Assembly: GCA_030390025.1 (NCBI GenBank)
Contig: CM059430.1
Span: 125,178,001 to 125,242,000, forward strand
DNA from: Squalus acanthias
Taxonomy: Eukaryota
Direction: 5' to 3'
Length of the DNA: 64,000 bases
The first letter of the stretch is position 1; every line of letters begins with the position of its first letter. This document shows, one piece after another, positions 37,523-51,738 of this stretch. Position numbers and translations under genes: made by a program. Under the pieces are notes generated by a model. The model made no database searches, had not been told where the DNA came from, and saw only the letters and a list, made by a program, of their open reading frames with translations.

Positions 37523-40500
37523 CCCCCATTCCATCCCAGATCGCTCAAAACTCTTAACTCCCATGTGAATCAAACAGATGTAATAACAGAACCCTCAATT
37601 TCCTTTGTTCATATATGTTTGTGACTTTTATGTTTCTTGCCACGGACAATATCAATGTTAATACTGAGAGGTCAGGACAGGTCAGCAATACAAGAGCTGC
37701 ATTATTGATCTGAACAGGTTGGCTTTGAGATCAACCAGCAGAACAAAATGGTCGCTGGTGGAGTTCAGCGGTCTCTCTGGAGCAGAACACTCAACAAAGG
37801 GTAAATATGTGTGCACCCATCATTTATAGCATAATGCTACCACCAGGTTTGTATGATGCTGTCCCCAAATGTCACAATGAATTACAAACAGGATCATTAA
37901 CATCAACTCTGTGGCATCAGAGTGGAGTAGAAACAAAATGTGGAATTCTTTCCAAATATCAACTAGAATAGAAGAGTGGGATTGAGAATGGGTCCACATG
38001 AAGAGGATGACTGAGAAAGGGAGAAAGTGACCCGGGGGTTTAAGAATATTTCGAAAACAGAATGAAAAATAACAAAATAAGGAGATACCAACTTGTACTG
38101 CCAGACAAAAAGATAGGAACAGACGGCAGTTAAAAGGAGAATGAATGGAGATAAACAGATGAAAGTATTGGTGTACATTTTCCAACTTGAATTCAAAGAA
38201 TCTAAAATTATATTTAATTGCATGAAAACCAATCTCACAAGAAACAGTATTAAAAATCCCTGACGCATGGAGTCATGAATAATAACTATTAATAATTTGA
38301 AACTGGTCTGTTGGTGATGCACCCGCTCTATGCTGTCGCTTCCACAGGAGATGACAGTAAATGTAATTATCTTGCTTGTTAATGCCACCCCTAATAGGGT
38401 TGAAGAAGCCTGTCACTTCTATCTCCTATGCTAACATATTCCAGAAAACCCTGTACACAACCCTTGCAGCTGCTTCCTCCTCGACCCCCCCATCCAATCC
38501 TTCACACTAACCTCATCAATCCTTTCGGAGACAATTACAGGAATTTTTACTTTTTTTTTAAACAAAACACTCTCCGGCATCCATCACACAAACCACATTA
38601 ACTGCTTCATGCTACAAGTGGCCTGCAAATTCACACTCAAATTAGCACAGAAGCAAGAACAGTTCATTTCACTCTCCGACAGGATCTAAAATTCCAGCAG
38701 AAGCAGCAGTTATACACAAAATAAATTAATCCCTGTGGTATTCGGAGGGAATCTGCATTTTTCTACTCCTACAATTCGGCTCATATAATCCACCCTCATC
38801 TATTCACATTGTGGTCTCTGGATCAGCAATAATTACTGGGGATTTGGCTCCAAACCACATAGAGGTCTTTTATCTTTTGGCCGCAATTAGAGAATCTTCG
38901 TTTTCAGAGAAGACATTAGAACTACCAGGGGTCCTGTTGGGAAGCAGTCCATGCAAATAGCAGGCAGTTTAACTCCTAATCTTTCACATTTGGCACGGTG
39001 TTGTTTCACAGGTAAAGGGCTGGGATTTCTCTTTATCCCCCCTCCTCTCCTGAAGCTTATACACACATGGAGCCCTTCGAGTGTGATGAATCGGCAGGGC
39101 TGTGCAGAAATTCTTGCTGGTTATTTCCACTCACTGCCCGGAGGATCCTTGATTTCCAAAATCAATTCTGGACACATCCCAGGTAGGTTTTCCCTCAGAA
39201 CTGAAGACAGGAATCAAGTGGGAAAAAAAATTATCCCATATAATTCTTGTATTGCCCAGGAAACTCTTGCAAGTACGCACATGCCCACACACATGTACAC
39301 ACGCACACATACACACAATAATCCATATAACTCCACTGGAACACCTAGATTAAAACTGGTTGATGCTACACCTTTGTGAGGTCTTTGCTAACATTACACA
39401 ATAGCCATGTGGCAATGCAATTGACCAGGCCTCCCTCCATTGGCTGCAGTTATATAGTGTAAAAACACCTTCAGTTGCTTCAGGATAGCAAAAGCATCAC
39501 AATTGGATCCTTTCTTTTTTTTGTTTTCAAATTCAATTGTTTGTGGTAATTGAGCCTTGAAAGTATCGATGAACATAGACAGGATTGCAGTGCTTTTCTG
39601 CACCACTATAAAGCTACTATTCACTACAGTGTCACTAGATGCTAGAATGTTGTAAATCTTTTCCAGTTCCATAATTTCCCTAGTTCGAGTTCAAAGTAAT
39701 TTAGAAATATACAACAACAGATATTCAATATTCAGAGAGTCAAATATTAACCGAAGAGAATACTGCACCTCCCAGAGAACAGGAGAGCGAAGGCTGTCAG
39801 CCACCAAGTTATCAATGGGATGCTGTTTAAACATTTCTTTCGAGCTTTTCCCAACCAGCAGGTTTTCACTTTTGACCAAAATTACAATCAATTGTCCAAC
39901 ATTGCAACCATTGGATCCTTTCACTCAAACTCTTTTTGCTTTGTTTGCTGAGAGCACTGATCATCTTAGGGGAGATGCCCGATTACCTACAGCTGTTCAA
40001 AGAACACAGGTAGTAAGTCTTACAGAAGATCCCAGATTTGAGTTGGTGCTGAATTAGCGGATTTCAGGTCGGATGGCCAAAAGGGTGCTTTGTATGTCAA
40101 AGTACCACACATACAGTACATTTATCCACTGACCCATTATATGGGGGAGGCTCTAGAAAGCAGGATTTCTGTCAGAAGTCTAACAAGCATTTTATTTAAA
40201 TCAGCATTCATTTATGGACAAAAGCAACAATTCAGAGATAACCTGGTTTTGGATTATCAGTGGCTGGAGCACAGTCAGTCCTAGTAGGATTTATCTGTAT
40301 ATAGTTATCTGATTTCTCCCCAGTTAATTAATTACTGTTAATCGTACCATGATCCAACTACAACTAGAATCTGAGGTTCCTTTATCTAGTCTGTATCTCA
40401 GTCAAATTGAACTTTGTTGGAACTAATTCAATTATTTGGACTCACACTTGCCCCCTCCTCCTGTCCTGGATGGTTTTTGTAAAGTTCTTGCTCATCAAAG

Positions 40501-41774
40501 CTAGGGATGGTAGACTGGGGAATGAATCACTGTCTAGTTCAGGTTCTAATAACAGCACAGGTTAGAAGAAGAGTAAAGCTCTTCTGCTTTGCCCTAGTAC
40601 TATGTTTCAGACCCAATCAGAGGACCCCATACTGCAGGAGCGTGACATTTTCCACTTCCCATACTAGTCATCTTATGGTCTCCCTATGTCAGCTAGCCAA
40701 ATTAGTGACAAACTCAGGGCACTTTCATGCTCTAAACTCAAGCCTACTGGGTTGAATTTGAATTAATATCCCAGAGGTGAAAGGGCAATACCTCTGTTTT
40801 ATCCTCTTTTAAAATGTCACCATGCACTCAGCAAAATTCCATGTCATATACCATTACAAACCAAAGTCAAGGAGCATTCTCTCATCAACTGAGAAGAAAA
40901 TAGAGATAACTGGCTCCCTCCACCCCCCCCCCCCCCCCCCTCTCCTCTCTCAGGAATGGAGCAATTTGCCATGATGATGAAGTGGTCCAGCTAGTGATCC
41001 TGCCAAGTACCACAGGCACTTGTCGCCACTGGTGCAGGCAATCTGGAGTAAAACTCCGTTCTGCTGGTCCATTCTAGTGCCACGTTGTGCATTTTAAATG
41101 ATCAAAAACAGATTTTTGTTTTAAATTTAAGATGATGCCTTTGAGAATTATCAGCTGATGTCCATAGATCAGAATTGCAGTGCACAGCTATATTCACTAG
41201 TCTAATACCCAGGAGTGCTGGATGAGACATTGTAGACACATCTTTCCTCTGCATCTAACCTGTGCTGGACAGAACCTGATGTGGATACCGGGTGCATTAA
41301 GATCCCTAACCTTGACAAGCATACAACTGAGTAAAAGATACTATGATAAATGTATATTTTACAGCCACTTCCATATTTTATATAAATGGTAGTTCAAACG
41401 AAAGCTATTCTACTTGGCTAGAAAAAGGTTTCTTATTTCTCTTTAGGTTGATTTGAGCCAATAGAAGAGAGCCAGTATTAAAGAGGACTGAAATAAAAAG
41501 CAGCTTCAAAGGAAAATTGGTGGAAAATTTGCCCCAAAGCATCGAATAACAACATTTACAGTCACTTTGAAAAACTGCTTTCATATGAAACCGCACAGCC
41601 ACGAACGCAATGAAGCACAGGGTAAACATGTCCTGCAGGAGGGCCTCCCAGCATCAAGTTCTGCCAAGCAACTGGCAGTCAAATGTTCACAGATCGCACA
41701 TTTCCTCATTCACAAATTTGACTGATCAATAACTAATACATTTTTAAAATTATGAATAAATAAAGAACGACCTG

Positions 41775-42215
41775 ACCCGCTGGACAGCTCAGTGGGCAGA
41801 TGCACTGCCTGTTGTAGTTAGTCTCACAAATCAGGGAGCTTCCGGGTTTAGTTCCTGGTTTGTGGTGAATTAGCTGGTGTCAGCCAGGGCAACAGATTAG
41901 GCAGTACATTTGGTCTCAGTGCCCATGGTGTAAGGAGGAGGGGGGGGGGTGAGAGGGGAAATAACACAGGCAAGGTTTTCACCCTGATCACAATCCAATG
42001 ACTCCTGGTGGAAAGTGCATGACTTTAGATGTCAGGAAGGAACAGGATGAGGCTCGACTGTGACGCAATTCATAGTTGTATATCCTACCAACACTCAACA
42101 GTCTGGGATCACAAGTGAATGACCAGTGGGAGAGGGGCTAGAAAGCAGTCAGCACCTGTGGAACCATATCCCAGTAAAAAGTCAGTACCTTCAGAATTGC
42201 TGGGGAGAAAACTGA
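41775..42215 (+). mobile_element. SINE family 'X' copy (near full length)
   Basis: CAGCTCAGTGGG head, TGAATTAGCTGG, TTGGTCTCAGTGCCC, CACCTGTGGAACCATATCCCAG and GTCAGTACCTTCAG...GGGGAGAAAA. Confidence 0.65.
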
Positions 42216-42540
42216 AGCAAAGAAAGCTAAAAAGAAAATGTATAACTGGATTTCAAAATGCTTCCAACAGTTTCTTTTCCATGGCTGATTTCCTTGGTTG
42301 TCAGAAGACTGGTGAGGTAACTGACACTCAGCTATTAATTACAATAATCCAACCACACTGGATATGATTCTTTCAAAAAAAATATGGCAAGAAAGAACAG
42401 GCCTGTCATGGACCTGTTGGCCACCATCTTACTGAATTATCAAAAACAGCCCCTGAAAACTAGCTCATGAAAAGGATTACTCAAGAATGTCCACAGAATG
42501 CTATACCAACTACTAGAAAAATATAATTACACAATGAACA

Positions 42541-43015
42541 CTGTGATTAGCTCCTTAATCCTTACCCTGCTGAATAAACAGCAACTCCATCCAGCTAAAC
42601 AGTGAGTAACCCATATGCTGCTGAATAAACAGCAAATCAGTACAATTGCAGTGAGTAACCCTTATCCTGCTGATCCATTCCCTCCAGTTACAGCGAATAA
42701 TCCATCCCATACTGAATAAATGGTAACTCTGTCTAGGTTCTCAGTGAGTAACCCTCTCCCTGCTGAAGCAGCAATTCTATACAGTTGGTGAGTTACCCTT
42801 TCCCTGCTGAACAATTCCATTCAGTTACACAGTGAATAACCCTTACCACACTGAACAACAACTCTGTTCAGTTACACAGCGAGTAAACTTTTCCCTGCTG
42901 AAGCAGTAACTCCATCTACTTGGAGTGAGGGACCCTTTCCATGCTGGACAACTCTGTTTAGTTATACAGTGAGTAACCCTTACCCTGCTGAATAAACAGA
43001 AATCCTATACAGTAA
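42541..43015 (+). repeat. Degenerate minisatellite, ~10 units of 42-51 bp
   Basis: Units start with AGTGAGTAACCC at 42601, 42650, 42692, 42743, 42787, 42831, 42878, 42924 and 42968. Confidence 0.85.
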
Positions 43016-43289
43016 TAAATCCTAGGAGATAAAAAAAATTGCTCCTATGAGATTACCTCACATCTAATTTTCTTGTGTTAGTTCCAAAAGACAACAGGTG
43101 GTGGACTGTGCCTGTCATTTTTGGGATGCCTTCTATATCAGAATGGTGACTAGTGAGATAGCAATTACATCCTCCACATTAATACAGCAAGCTTGATGAT
43201 CTGAATAGCTAGGAGCAGAAAAGATTGCACTCCAAACACACTCCCAGTTTAAATACTTATATTTAATCACTGAGCCAGCTCTTATATCA

Positions 43290-43650
43290 CTTACTGTGTT
43301 ACTGAGTAATAGGGACCAGAAGGTCCAAGGTTTGATTTTTTAGTCTGCACTGAATTAGGTAATCTGGGCCAGGGCAGCGGTTGGGGTGGTACAATCGACC
43401 TCAGTCCTGCTGAACTAGACACAGCAAAGTTACATTTCAATCAAGGCTGTCGCTGCTAACCACCATCCAGTGACTCATCCTGGATGTCAAGTGAGAACAG
43501 GAATGGCCTCCCTTGTGCCCTGTCGTGAAACAGCACTGTTCAGGCTCACACATGAAATATGGCCACCTCGGCAACATATCATCATGGCCATGGAACCCAG
43601 CCAAACCCCAGCAAAAGTCAATACCTCCATGAGAAGAGGGAGAGACAATT
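43290..43650 (+). mobile_element. SINE family 'X' copy
   Basis: GACCAGAAGGTCCAAGGTTTGAT, TACAATCGACCTCAGT, CAGGCTCACACATGAA and AGTCAATACCTCC...AGGGGAGA. Confidence 0.6.
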
Positions 43651-46389
43651 AGCAAGGGGTAGAAAGAGATTCCCCTCCGTGATTTTAACAAAATCGTTAT
43701 GGACGGGAAAAAAAACCTTGCCAGAAATCACTAGTCAGTGGTGGGAAGTCAATTGTCGTATGCTACAGAGAAAAACCTAGTCTGGCTCTGTGAGGTCTTG
43801 CATCACATATCACTGCTTTTATCTTCAAAGCAACATAACCCAATGACATCAAAGCAACCAGCCTGCGACAAGGGAATATAAACAGAAAAACTATAATTTA
43901 TAGGTGAAAAATGCACCAAAGAAATACCAGATGCACGTCAGTAAATGTAAACAATCAGGCAGACGTGGAGGGAAGGGGGGGGTGGTTCAGATAACAATCA
44001 CCAATTCACCCGGTTGTCTATTATGTCCCACAGACCTCTCAACTGGATTCGAGCACTGTAACTCAGATCCGGGTCTGCTGTACCCCTGTAGCACACAAGA
44101 GTGACATAAAACCCAAGATCACTGCAATTCAAAAAACACATCATTAGACTGCAGTTTGTAATTCATCAGTATCCACCATGACCCCAGCTATTAGCCTAAA
44201 GAAATCAATTGACTAAAAGCAAAATAAAACAAGTCCCACAAACACTGACAATGTGTGTAGCACCGTCATCACTAGGATTTAGATAAAGTATACTTGGGCT
44301 TTCTGGAGACAGCATTTGAGCTGTGTAATACTGGGCTGAAGCATAAACACAAGCACCAAGTTGGTCTTGGGGGAGGGGGGGGGGGGGGGGGGGAGGAGGT
44401 TGATGAAGGGAAAGAATAATAAGGGCAACATGTTCTCCCCAGTTTTTTTTTTAAACGAGAGTTCTTCTCCTGCTCCAAATGACAGAATAGACCTGTAGTC
44501 TCACCTCAATTCTTCATAAGTGATTGTGCTTCTGATTTGAAATACTGCTGCTGAGAGGTCTGTCACTGATGACAATAGGAGCAATCGGAGGTGGTGATTG
44601 AAAAGCATCACAAAACATTATAGCACAGTGACTTGTGCAATTCTCCCTACAACATGTTTGCTATCAATACGCTAAAGACACCTATGGGAACACTTATACT
44701 TGTAACACATCTTGGGTTGCAGATCACGATGGTAAACCATGCAAGCTTTCCGTTTCTTGAATCCATTGCTGCATCACTGTCATATTACCCACCGTCCATG
44801 ATGAAAAGAGTGAAATCTGTTATAAATGGCATTGCTCCCTCCATTTCCTTTTTTCCCTAATTTTCCCCCTCGTCTCCCGATTCTTGCTGGGTTCTAGGTC
44901 ATGTGAGAGCCAGACATGAGTGTCAACAGACTATTCCAGCAAGGGTTGCATCACAGCTGAGCCCAACCATAACCTCACCCAACATCCGCACTTCTACACT
45001 TGTCATCAACATTTGCTGGAACTGGATCAGGAACCCTGACTAATTTTGTAATGATATAGTCTGAGCATTTATAGATATTCCCTTACTTCAGTGAGTGTTC
45101 TGTTTTGTGTACACCAGTGAAGCCCAATCTCATTAAAACCACAAGTCCTCCCTCAAAGGAGGGCACCAGTAATAAAATAAATAGATGGTTTACACAACAT
45201 AAAATTGTCAGATTACTTTCAATTAATGATTATTAAATTGAGATTAATGATACTCAATCCCCCTATTTTGCTCACTTGTTTAGCAAAGCTACTTCAGTAA
45301 TTTTTATATCAATTCAAACATGTACTTTAGGGACATTCCCTTGACAATTAGTTTTGAACATCATAACCGTTAGGAAACCAGTATGATGCAGACAGATTTA
45401 GCCAGAAGATGTAGTTTGCAAGCAGATGCTAAATAATACTGTTTATAATGTTGTTTTACATCTTAATAAAGTTATTCCTTTTTCATTCAGTCTTGGATTA
45501 CAAAGAACCCTAAAACAAGCTCAAAATAACTTTACTGGCTTTTCACTTCCATAGCCCAGAAGCAATGAGGCCAATTGTAGCCACGCCAATGAAACAAACA
45601 AGCTAAACAGCAGAGCTAGAATCGAAGCTGGGATAAATGGCACTAATTGTCTTACAGTGCAATTTTCTTTTAATGTAATAATAGAGAATTTATCACAGTC
45701 TTTTTGTGGTCAGCTGCACATAACCACATCCCACAATCCAAACAGAACTCCAAACCCAGTCCAGGATTCCAAACATGGGCCTTTCACTCCCACTGTCGAG
45801 AGCTCCTGATCCAAGCACAATATTGAAATACAAACTCACGAGGCAAACGAAAGCAATCTGCTCGAATTATCCAACAATTAATACTAGGCACCATGAAATA
45901 CAGCCCATCCCCAGCCAAGCTTCACCTGGAGACCAAAGCACACTTTGCAACTCTAATCACTTTTATGCTAAATTTGTTGGTGTTTTTTTTTGCTGTGGTG
46001 TTTGTTCAGGCTGAGCTGCTGAGTGAACAGTTAAATAGGAATGTGGAACAAAGATTTGCTAAATGTGCTTTTTATCTGTTCTGTATTAGGAACCCTGATT
46101 CAAGCAAAGCATTTCTTGGCAAACATACTTAGTGTATCAGAGATCAGAATAACAGAAATCTACAGGATATCACAGGGTGTGGTGTGTTTTTCTTACGTTT
46201 ACGATTAAGTAGAAACTACTGATTCTTTCGGACCGCATGCATTTAATTTTATGGGTTTTAACTGCAGTAAATGTGCAAAAAATCTAATTTATTTAAAAGA
46301 GATTTTTTTGAATTTAACTATCGTAACAGAACAATTGTGGAGCTGTTCAATTGGGCACTTTTTTTTTAAAAGAAAAAGAACATCTCCAG

Positions 46390-46775
46390 TCCTTTCCTGA
46401 AGCAGCCAACTATTGCTGCAGTACAGTTACATAAGCACCGCACATCCTCCAGAAACTCACCAAAATGCTCATACTTCATGTATGAGCCCAGACAGAGTGC
46501 GTTGGTTGGCTATTCAAACCTGGGAGCAGCACAACCAAGCCCAACTCTGCCCTCACCCAACATCTAAGTATACACTTTCCAGCAGGGGTCGCTGGATCAC
46601 AATCAGCAGCAGAAAGTCTGGCTGGTTTTTTCCTTTCCTATCTCAGGGTGTGGAGGACTAGCATTCCTCGTGCCACTGCACCCTGCCTCAGATTAGCTAA
46701 CTCAGTACAGATTGGGCATCGAACCTTCCTGGTCTGGACACCTCGGATGGTGCATTTAACCACTGAGCCATCGGG
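46390..46775 (-). mobile_element. SINE family 'X' copy
   Basis: Reverse-complement motifs TTCCAGCAGGGGTCGCTGGAT, AGCTAACTCAGTACAGA and CCACTGAGCCA. Confidence 0.6.
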
Positions 46776-47859
46776 AGCACGGACAATCTTTACTGGGAAA
46801 CATTTGGCCAAATCCCCAGACGCAAACTCACATTGAACTGCCTCAATGTCCCATAAAGAAAACCGATAAACACTCCTATACTACCTCCCCCCGCCACTCT
46901 TCCCAAGCGCACAGTGTACAGTTACACAGGATCTCTGTAATGCTGAAGTTCTTCGGATTAGAAGTGGCAGGAAAGCATAGCTAGAGTGAAAATAAATGAC
47001 GCACTGGAATGACCTGCAAAACCCCACATTTAGTCATAACTTCACATCCCATGTGCAATATAACAACCTCCAGCATAAATCTATGCATGTAAAAGGGATG
47101 GGGATGTCGGGAGACTAGTGAGGAATTTACAAACTTAGTAAGGATGTATCTTTAATTAAATGGAACATTCTCTAAATAACCAAATTTTTCTTGCATCTTT
47201 TTTTGGTCTCTGTTACTTTGATCTTCTGAGAAATTAGAGAGGGCTAATCCTTTGGCCATCCAATCTTTCAATTTGAACAAAGCACAATCATCATTTGATG
47301 GGACATTAAATCGAGGCCCTAGCTGACAGTTCAGGTGGGCTTTCAAAATCCTGGGGTAATGGAGTTGGGTGTAATGGTGTGGCTCACAGACTGATGTAAA
47401 ACAAAGCCAATATAAAAACAGCTAAAGAGAGGGCTTCTCAGAGTGTTCCGGCTAACATTCGTCCCTCATCCAACAGCACCAAAAAACCACAGATTAATTC
47501 ATTCATCTCATTGTTGTTTGCTGGTCCGACATGACTGAGTGTTTGCTTACATACCAGTCATTATAATTCATTGTATGTTAAAAAGAGAAATATCTGCATG
47601 ACAAGCTGCTGTACACGTTGAAATATTATTTATTTGATCTGCTCAGTCCCAAATGTCTGTTCACTCATTTTCAGATTACGACCTTTAAACGCCACTTAAA
47701 GTTATGGATTGTTACTAAAATTGTATTTCTATTCATTAGACTGCGCTGCGCTGTTTAAAAAGCAAGTCTCGCCTGTCAGCACCCTTGTTAAAACTCAAAA
47801 AAAACAATGTTAACATTTTCTACTCCACTTGTTACTTATTTTAATGTTTTGCTCCTTTT

Positions 47860-48240
47860 TCCTCCCATTTTCTCCCTCCTCTCCTGAAGGCATTATTGGC
47901 CCCTAACTACGCTGCACTTCCAAAAGCGTCAGCCGTCATCTGTTATATCGTGCAGGTGGCTTAGACAATGTGTCAGCAGGATATCCAACGAGAGGAGCCA
48001 TCAATGCCAAGCCCATTCCTGCCTCACGCAAAAACAGGCGCAAACGTTCCAGGAGTTCCTGAATAGCAATCAAGAGCTGCTTTCCCCGCTCCCTGGCCCA
48101 GAGGGGCTGAGGCCAATTGTTGCAGCTCTACCCACCACCATGGGATCAGCTAATTTAGCACAGACAAGGGATGGAACCCAAGACCTTCCTGGTCCATTTT
48201 GGCCCAGATACTTGCTGCATAAAATTGTTGACCCATCAGG
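47860..48240 (-). mobile_element. SINE family 'X' copy
   Basis: TTTTCTCCCTCCTCTCCTGAAGG...GCTGAGGCCAATTGT...GATCAGCTAATTTAGCACAGAC...GAACCCAAGACCTTCCTGGTC. Confidence 0.6.
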
Positions 48241-49269
48241 AAGTTCACATGAATATTTTTGTTTGGGCACTATGACTGCTAATAACATTATCCACGGGAA
48301 TGCAGGAAGACAATGCCTTTGGACTTATGGGGAACAAAAGATGAAAGAGCAGAGAAGTAATGACCGTAGAAGAGATGGCAAACTTGCTGTATGTTACACA
48401 GTTTAACTAAAACATGAGTGATTCTCACCGATTACTATATATTTAAATCAATAAGGGAGGAGAGGTGCCCCTTTGTTTGATGTTCAACTATATAAAGCTG
48501 TTTCTTTTAAAGAGCTATACTGTTACTGTGATCTTACACCTTCAATCAGAGAATCTGACTGGCCCTGGCACAAAAAGTGATTCTTCATATAAAAACCCTT
48601 TGGGTGAAATGTAATCTGGGTCCTGAACACCTCATACCTAATTAACCAGCAGCAATCTGCAGATTAAAGGAGTCTTGTACTTCAATTTTGGCTGAACGCA
48701 AGTGTTTTAAATTTAAAATGATGTTAAACAAGACAGGAGTTCAACAATAATAGACTTTTCTTTCAGAAAAAGAGAGTAAGTGATATTTTGAAGAAATTCT
48801 TGAGGCCAGTTACACATTTGTTTTGGTGTAAGGCTCCTTTAAAGGTAATAACGTGTGAATTTTTCTTAAGTGGTTTTTTTTTTGTTTGCATCTCTGAGCA
48901 TAACTTTTGGTGCTTGTATTCTACTTGTGTCTAGTCTAGCGAGTGTTTACACCACGCCTCTCAACTGTCCCACCCTGACATTAAGCAGCACCACAGCAAA
49001 AAGTAACAAGACTTCGAAACATGATGATTTGTTGATGGGGAGGAAAATGCAGCGCAGTTCCCTCCCCAAGTGGCAACCCAAATTTCACTCTTTCAACATG
49101 TTGTCTCCTAAATGAAGTCTCTGGCACTGCTAAAGTACAGCACCCCCTGAATCTGGCCTGAGTGGATTGGTTATTTTACAGTATCGGCTCAATAGGACCT
49201 CAGCTCTAAAACAGGAAACAGCTATGGTCCAGTATCTCCTGAATGTGACTCCAGCTTTGTTATGGTACA

Positions 49270-49985
49270 GCTCTGTTAGAGACATGCTCTGTGACTGTGA
49301 CCGTGCTACATTATCCCTTCTTGTCTCACTCAACCTCGGTGCAGCATTCGATACAGTGGCACACACCATTCTCCTCCACCATCTCTCCTTTGTTGTCTAA
49401 CTCAGTGGGACTGCCCTTTCTATCTATCTATCTATCTGCACGCTCCCAGCAATGGTTTCTCTTCCTGCCCCTGCATTGTCATCTCCAGAGTTCCCAAGGA
49501 TATATCCTTGGCCCCCTCCTCTTACTCATCTAAATGCTGGCCTTCACCATTATAATCTGCAGGCACAGGATCAGCGCCCACATGTATGCTGATGACACCC
49601 AGCTCTACCTCTTCAAAACCTTTATTAACGCCACACCACCTCCATGGTTTCGGACTGTCTGTCCAATATCAAGTCATGGATGAGCCACAGCTTCCCCATC
49701 TTAACATCAGGAAGACTGAAATCATTGGCTAGAAGATCCACTTCCTTGCCAGGGATTACATTGCCCTCTCAGGCCACTCAATCAGACCGAAAAACAGCAT
49801 GAAACGTTGGTATCCTGTTCAACCCCGAGTTGAGCTTCAATCTCCACATCCTATCCATCATAAACACTGTCTATATGCACCTGTGCATAAATTCCCTTCT
49901 CTATCCCAACTAAACCCCTCTGCCACTGAAACACTTATTCATACTTTTGTCACCTCTAGACTTAATTATCCCAGTGCCTCCCATC
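49270..49985 (+). mobile_element. L2 LINE RT fragment
   Basis: LVSLNLGAAFDTVAHTILL, QGYILGPLLLLI, ATGTATGCTGATGACACCCAGCTCTAC (MYADDTQLY) and ATETLIHTFVTSRLNY. Confidence 0.8.
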
Positions 49986-49989
49986 CACC

Positions 49990-50185
49990 ACAAGCTACAA
50001 CCACCCTCTCAGGCAGTGCATTCCAGATCGTAACCACTCGCTGCGTAAAAAAGTTTTTTCCTCATGTCGCCTTTGGTTTTTCTGCCAATCACCTTAAATC
50101 TGTGTTCTTTGATTCTCGCCTCTTCCGCCAATGGGAACAGTTTCTCTCTATCTACTCTGTCTAGACCCCTCATGATTTTGATAAA
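49990..50185 (-). mobile_element. CR1 ORF2 3' fragment
   Basis: The minus strand encodes MRKKLFYAASG, with TCTGGAATGCACTGCCTGAGAGGGTGG (WNALPERV). Confidence 0.6.
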
Positions 50186-50214
50186 CTGTAAATTATAAGT
50201 AAATTAAAGGAAAC

Positions 50215-50745
50215 TTAACAAATTAAATTAAAATATTGTTTCTGGTGTCCACTATGCACTCCAGTCCCTCCGGTGCCCACTGGTCACAGAAGACCTCAAG
50301 CATACAGGTGGACACCTCGTGCTCCCTCTCCAAGGACACCTGGGTGCGGACATAGCCGTGGAAGAGAGGCAGACAGTCAGGCCGAACAACCCCCTTGACC
50401 ACCCGCTGCCTGGACTTGTGGATGGCTACCTTGGCCAGGCCCATGAGGAGGATTTGCCCGCTCTCGTCTCCACCGGGTGGCCAAAGATCAAGAGCGTGTG
50501 ACTGAAGTGCAGCCAGAAATTGAGGAGCAGCCCCTTCACAAAGTGGTAGAGTGGCTGTATCCTCTCACACTGTGTAAATGTGAAACATGGACTCATCCAG
50601 CCCGCAGAAATTGCAGGCTGCCTGGGAGCAGGCTGCGCATGGCCATGCACCAATCGGGAGGTCCCGCGCAGGCCGCTCACCAGCTGCTGCCGCTGGAAAA
50701 TACTGCAGCGGCCACACAGCAAATGTAAAAGGACCGCTCACTTAG
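50215..50745 (-). mobile_element. Tx1-like (L1-Tx1 clade) ORF2 C-terminal fragment
   Basis: CERIQPLYHFVKGLLLNFWLHFSHTLLIFGHPV and GLAKVAIHKSRQ...DCLPLFHGYVRTQVSLEREH...FCDQWAP. Confidence 0.7.
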
Positions 50746-51722
50746 ACCGCAAATTAGAGGGAACAGTGCCTGGGACTGGGAGTCCGTGAATTTGTTTAAA
50801 AACCTATTGGCCGGGACTGCTCCGTGCAACACTCTCCATGCCAGATCTCCAATGGTCAGTTGCCTCTTCTAATCTCTCCCTGTATGGCTCAGGATCGGTT
50901 TCCATTTGTCACGCGCCTTGAGATTTTGATTTGCATTAAAGATGCCACGTAACTAAGTTCCTGTTGTATCTCAGGAATGTGGACCCAGCTGTGTTATGGT
51001 GCAGCACCTGCTGAAGTTGTAAATTGAGGAGCTTGGATTTCACCAATTTGAGTGAATGGGGTGGGTATCTATAAATAAGTTTATTTACAAATCAGATGAA
51101 ATTGAGGCAAAGCTACCATCTGAATGTCAATGTCAAAAGACACTGATGAATTTGCAACAGCAAGGTCACATTAAAGGGTCTATTACATTAAAGGAATGCA
51201 AACGACTAGTAGACATGTAGATCTCCCGCCATTGGCTGCAGAGAACCAACGGCGTTGCAGACTCAAATATAGGTCAACAAATCTACCATCAGCTTAAATA
51301 CCTCTTGTTCATCAAGCTAAACATGCAGATCAACTCGCATGCATCTGCACTCCTCTAAAAATCATGTCTCCGTACTTACAATCGTAATACAGCAGGTCCA
51401 TAGGACTGCCAACCTCAAATAATAAAATGGAAAAGAGTGACACACCGAGGACATGCAACCCAGAGCAGAACAAATAAAATTTAAGGTTAAAGCACCTTTA
51501 GTGCATGGGATGCCTGTTCTGTTTGGTTCAGTTGAATAAGTTCCAACAGCTCTCAGTGGGGAACCTGGATACTGCACCACATGACAAGGTCTTGTTTCTC
51601 AAGCTCAACTCATCTGTTCAGATTTCTCCCTAGTTCGCCAAGGGGGGGGGGGGGGGGGGGAAGGAGTGGAGGGGCGGGGTAGGGGGGAAACACAACATTT
51701 CCCAACCTTTGGGTAGCTGTAT

Positions 51723-51738
51723 CACGCCACCTGCTGGA
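51723..51738 (-). promoter_or_regulatory. Candidate CTCF site
   Basis: The minus strand reads TCCAGCAGGTGGCGTG, matching the CTCF core CCASYAGRKGGCR. Confidence 0.45.

Noticed and set aside
42541-43015. CRISPR array
   Set aside because: The 'spacers' are homologous to each other, the repeats are degenerate, there are no cas genes, and the context is vertebrate. It is a minisatellite.
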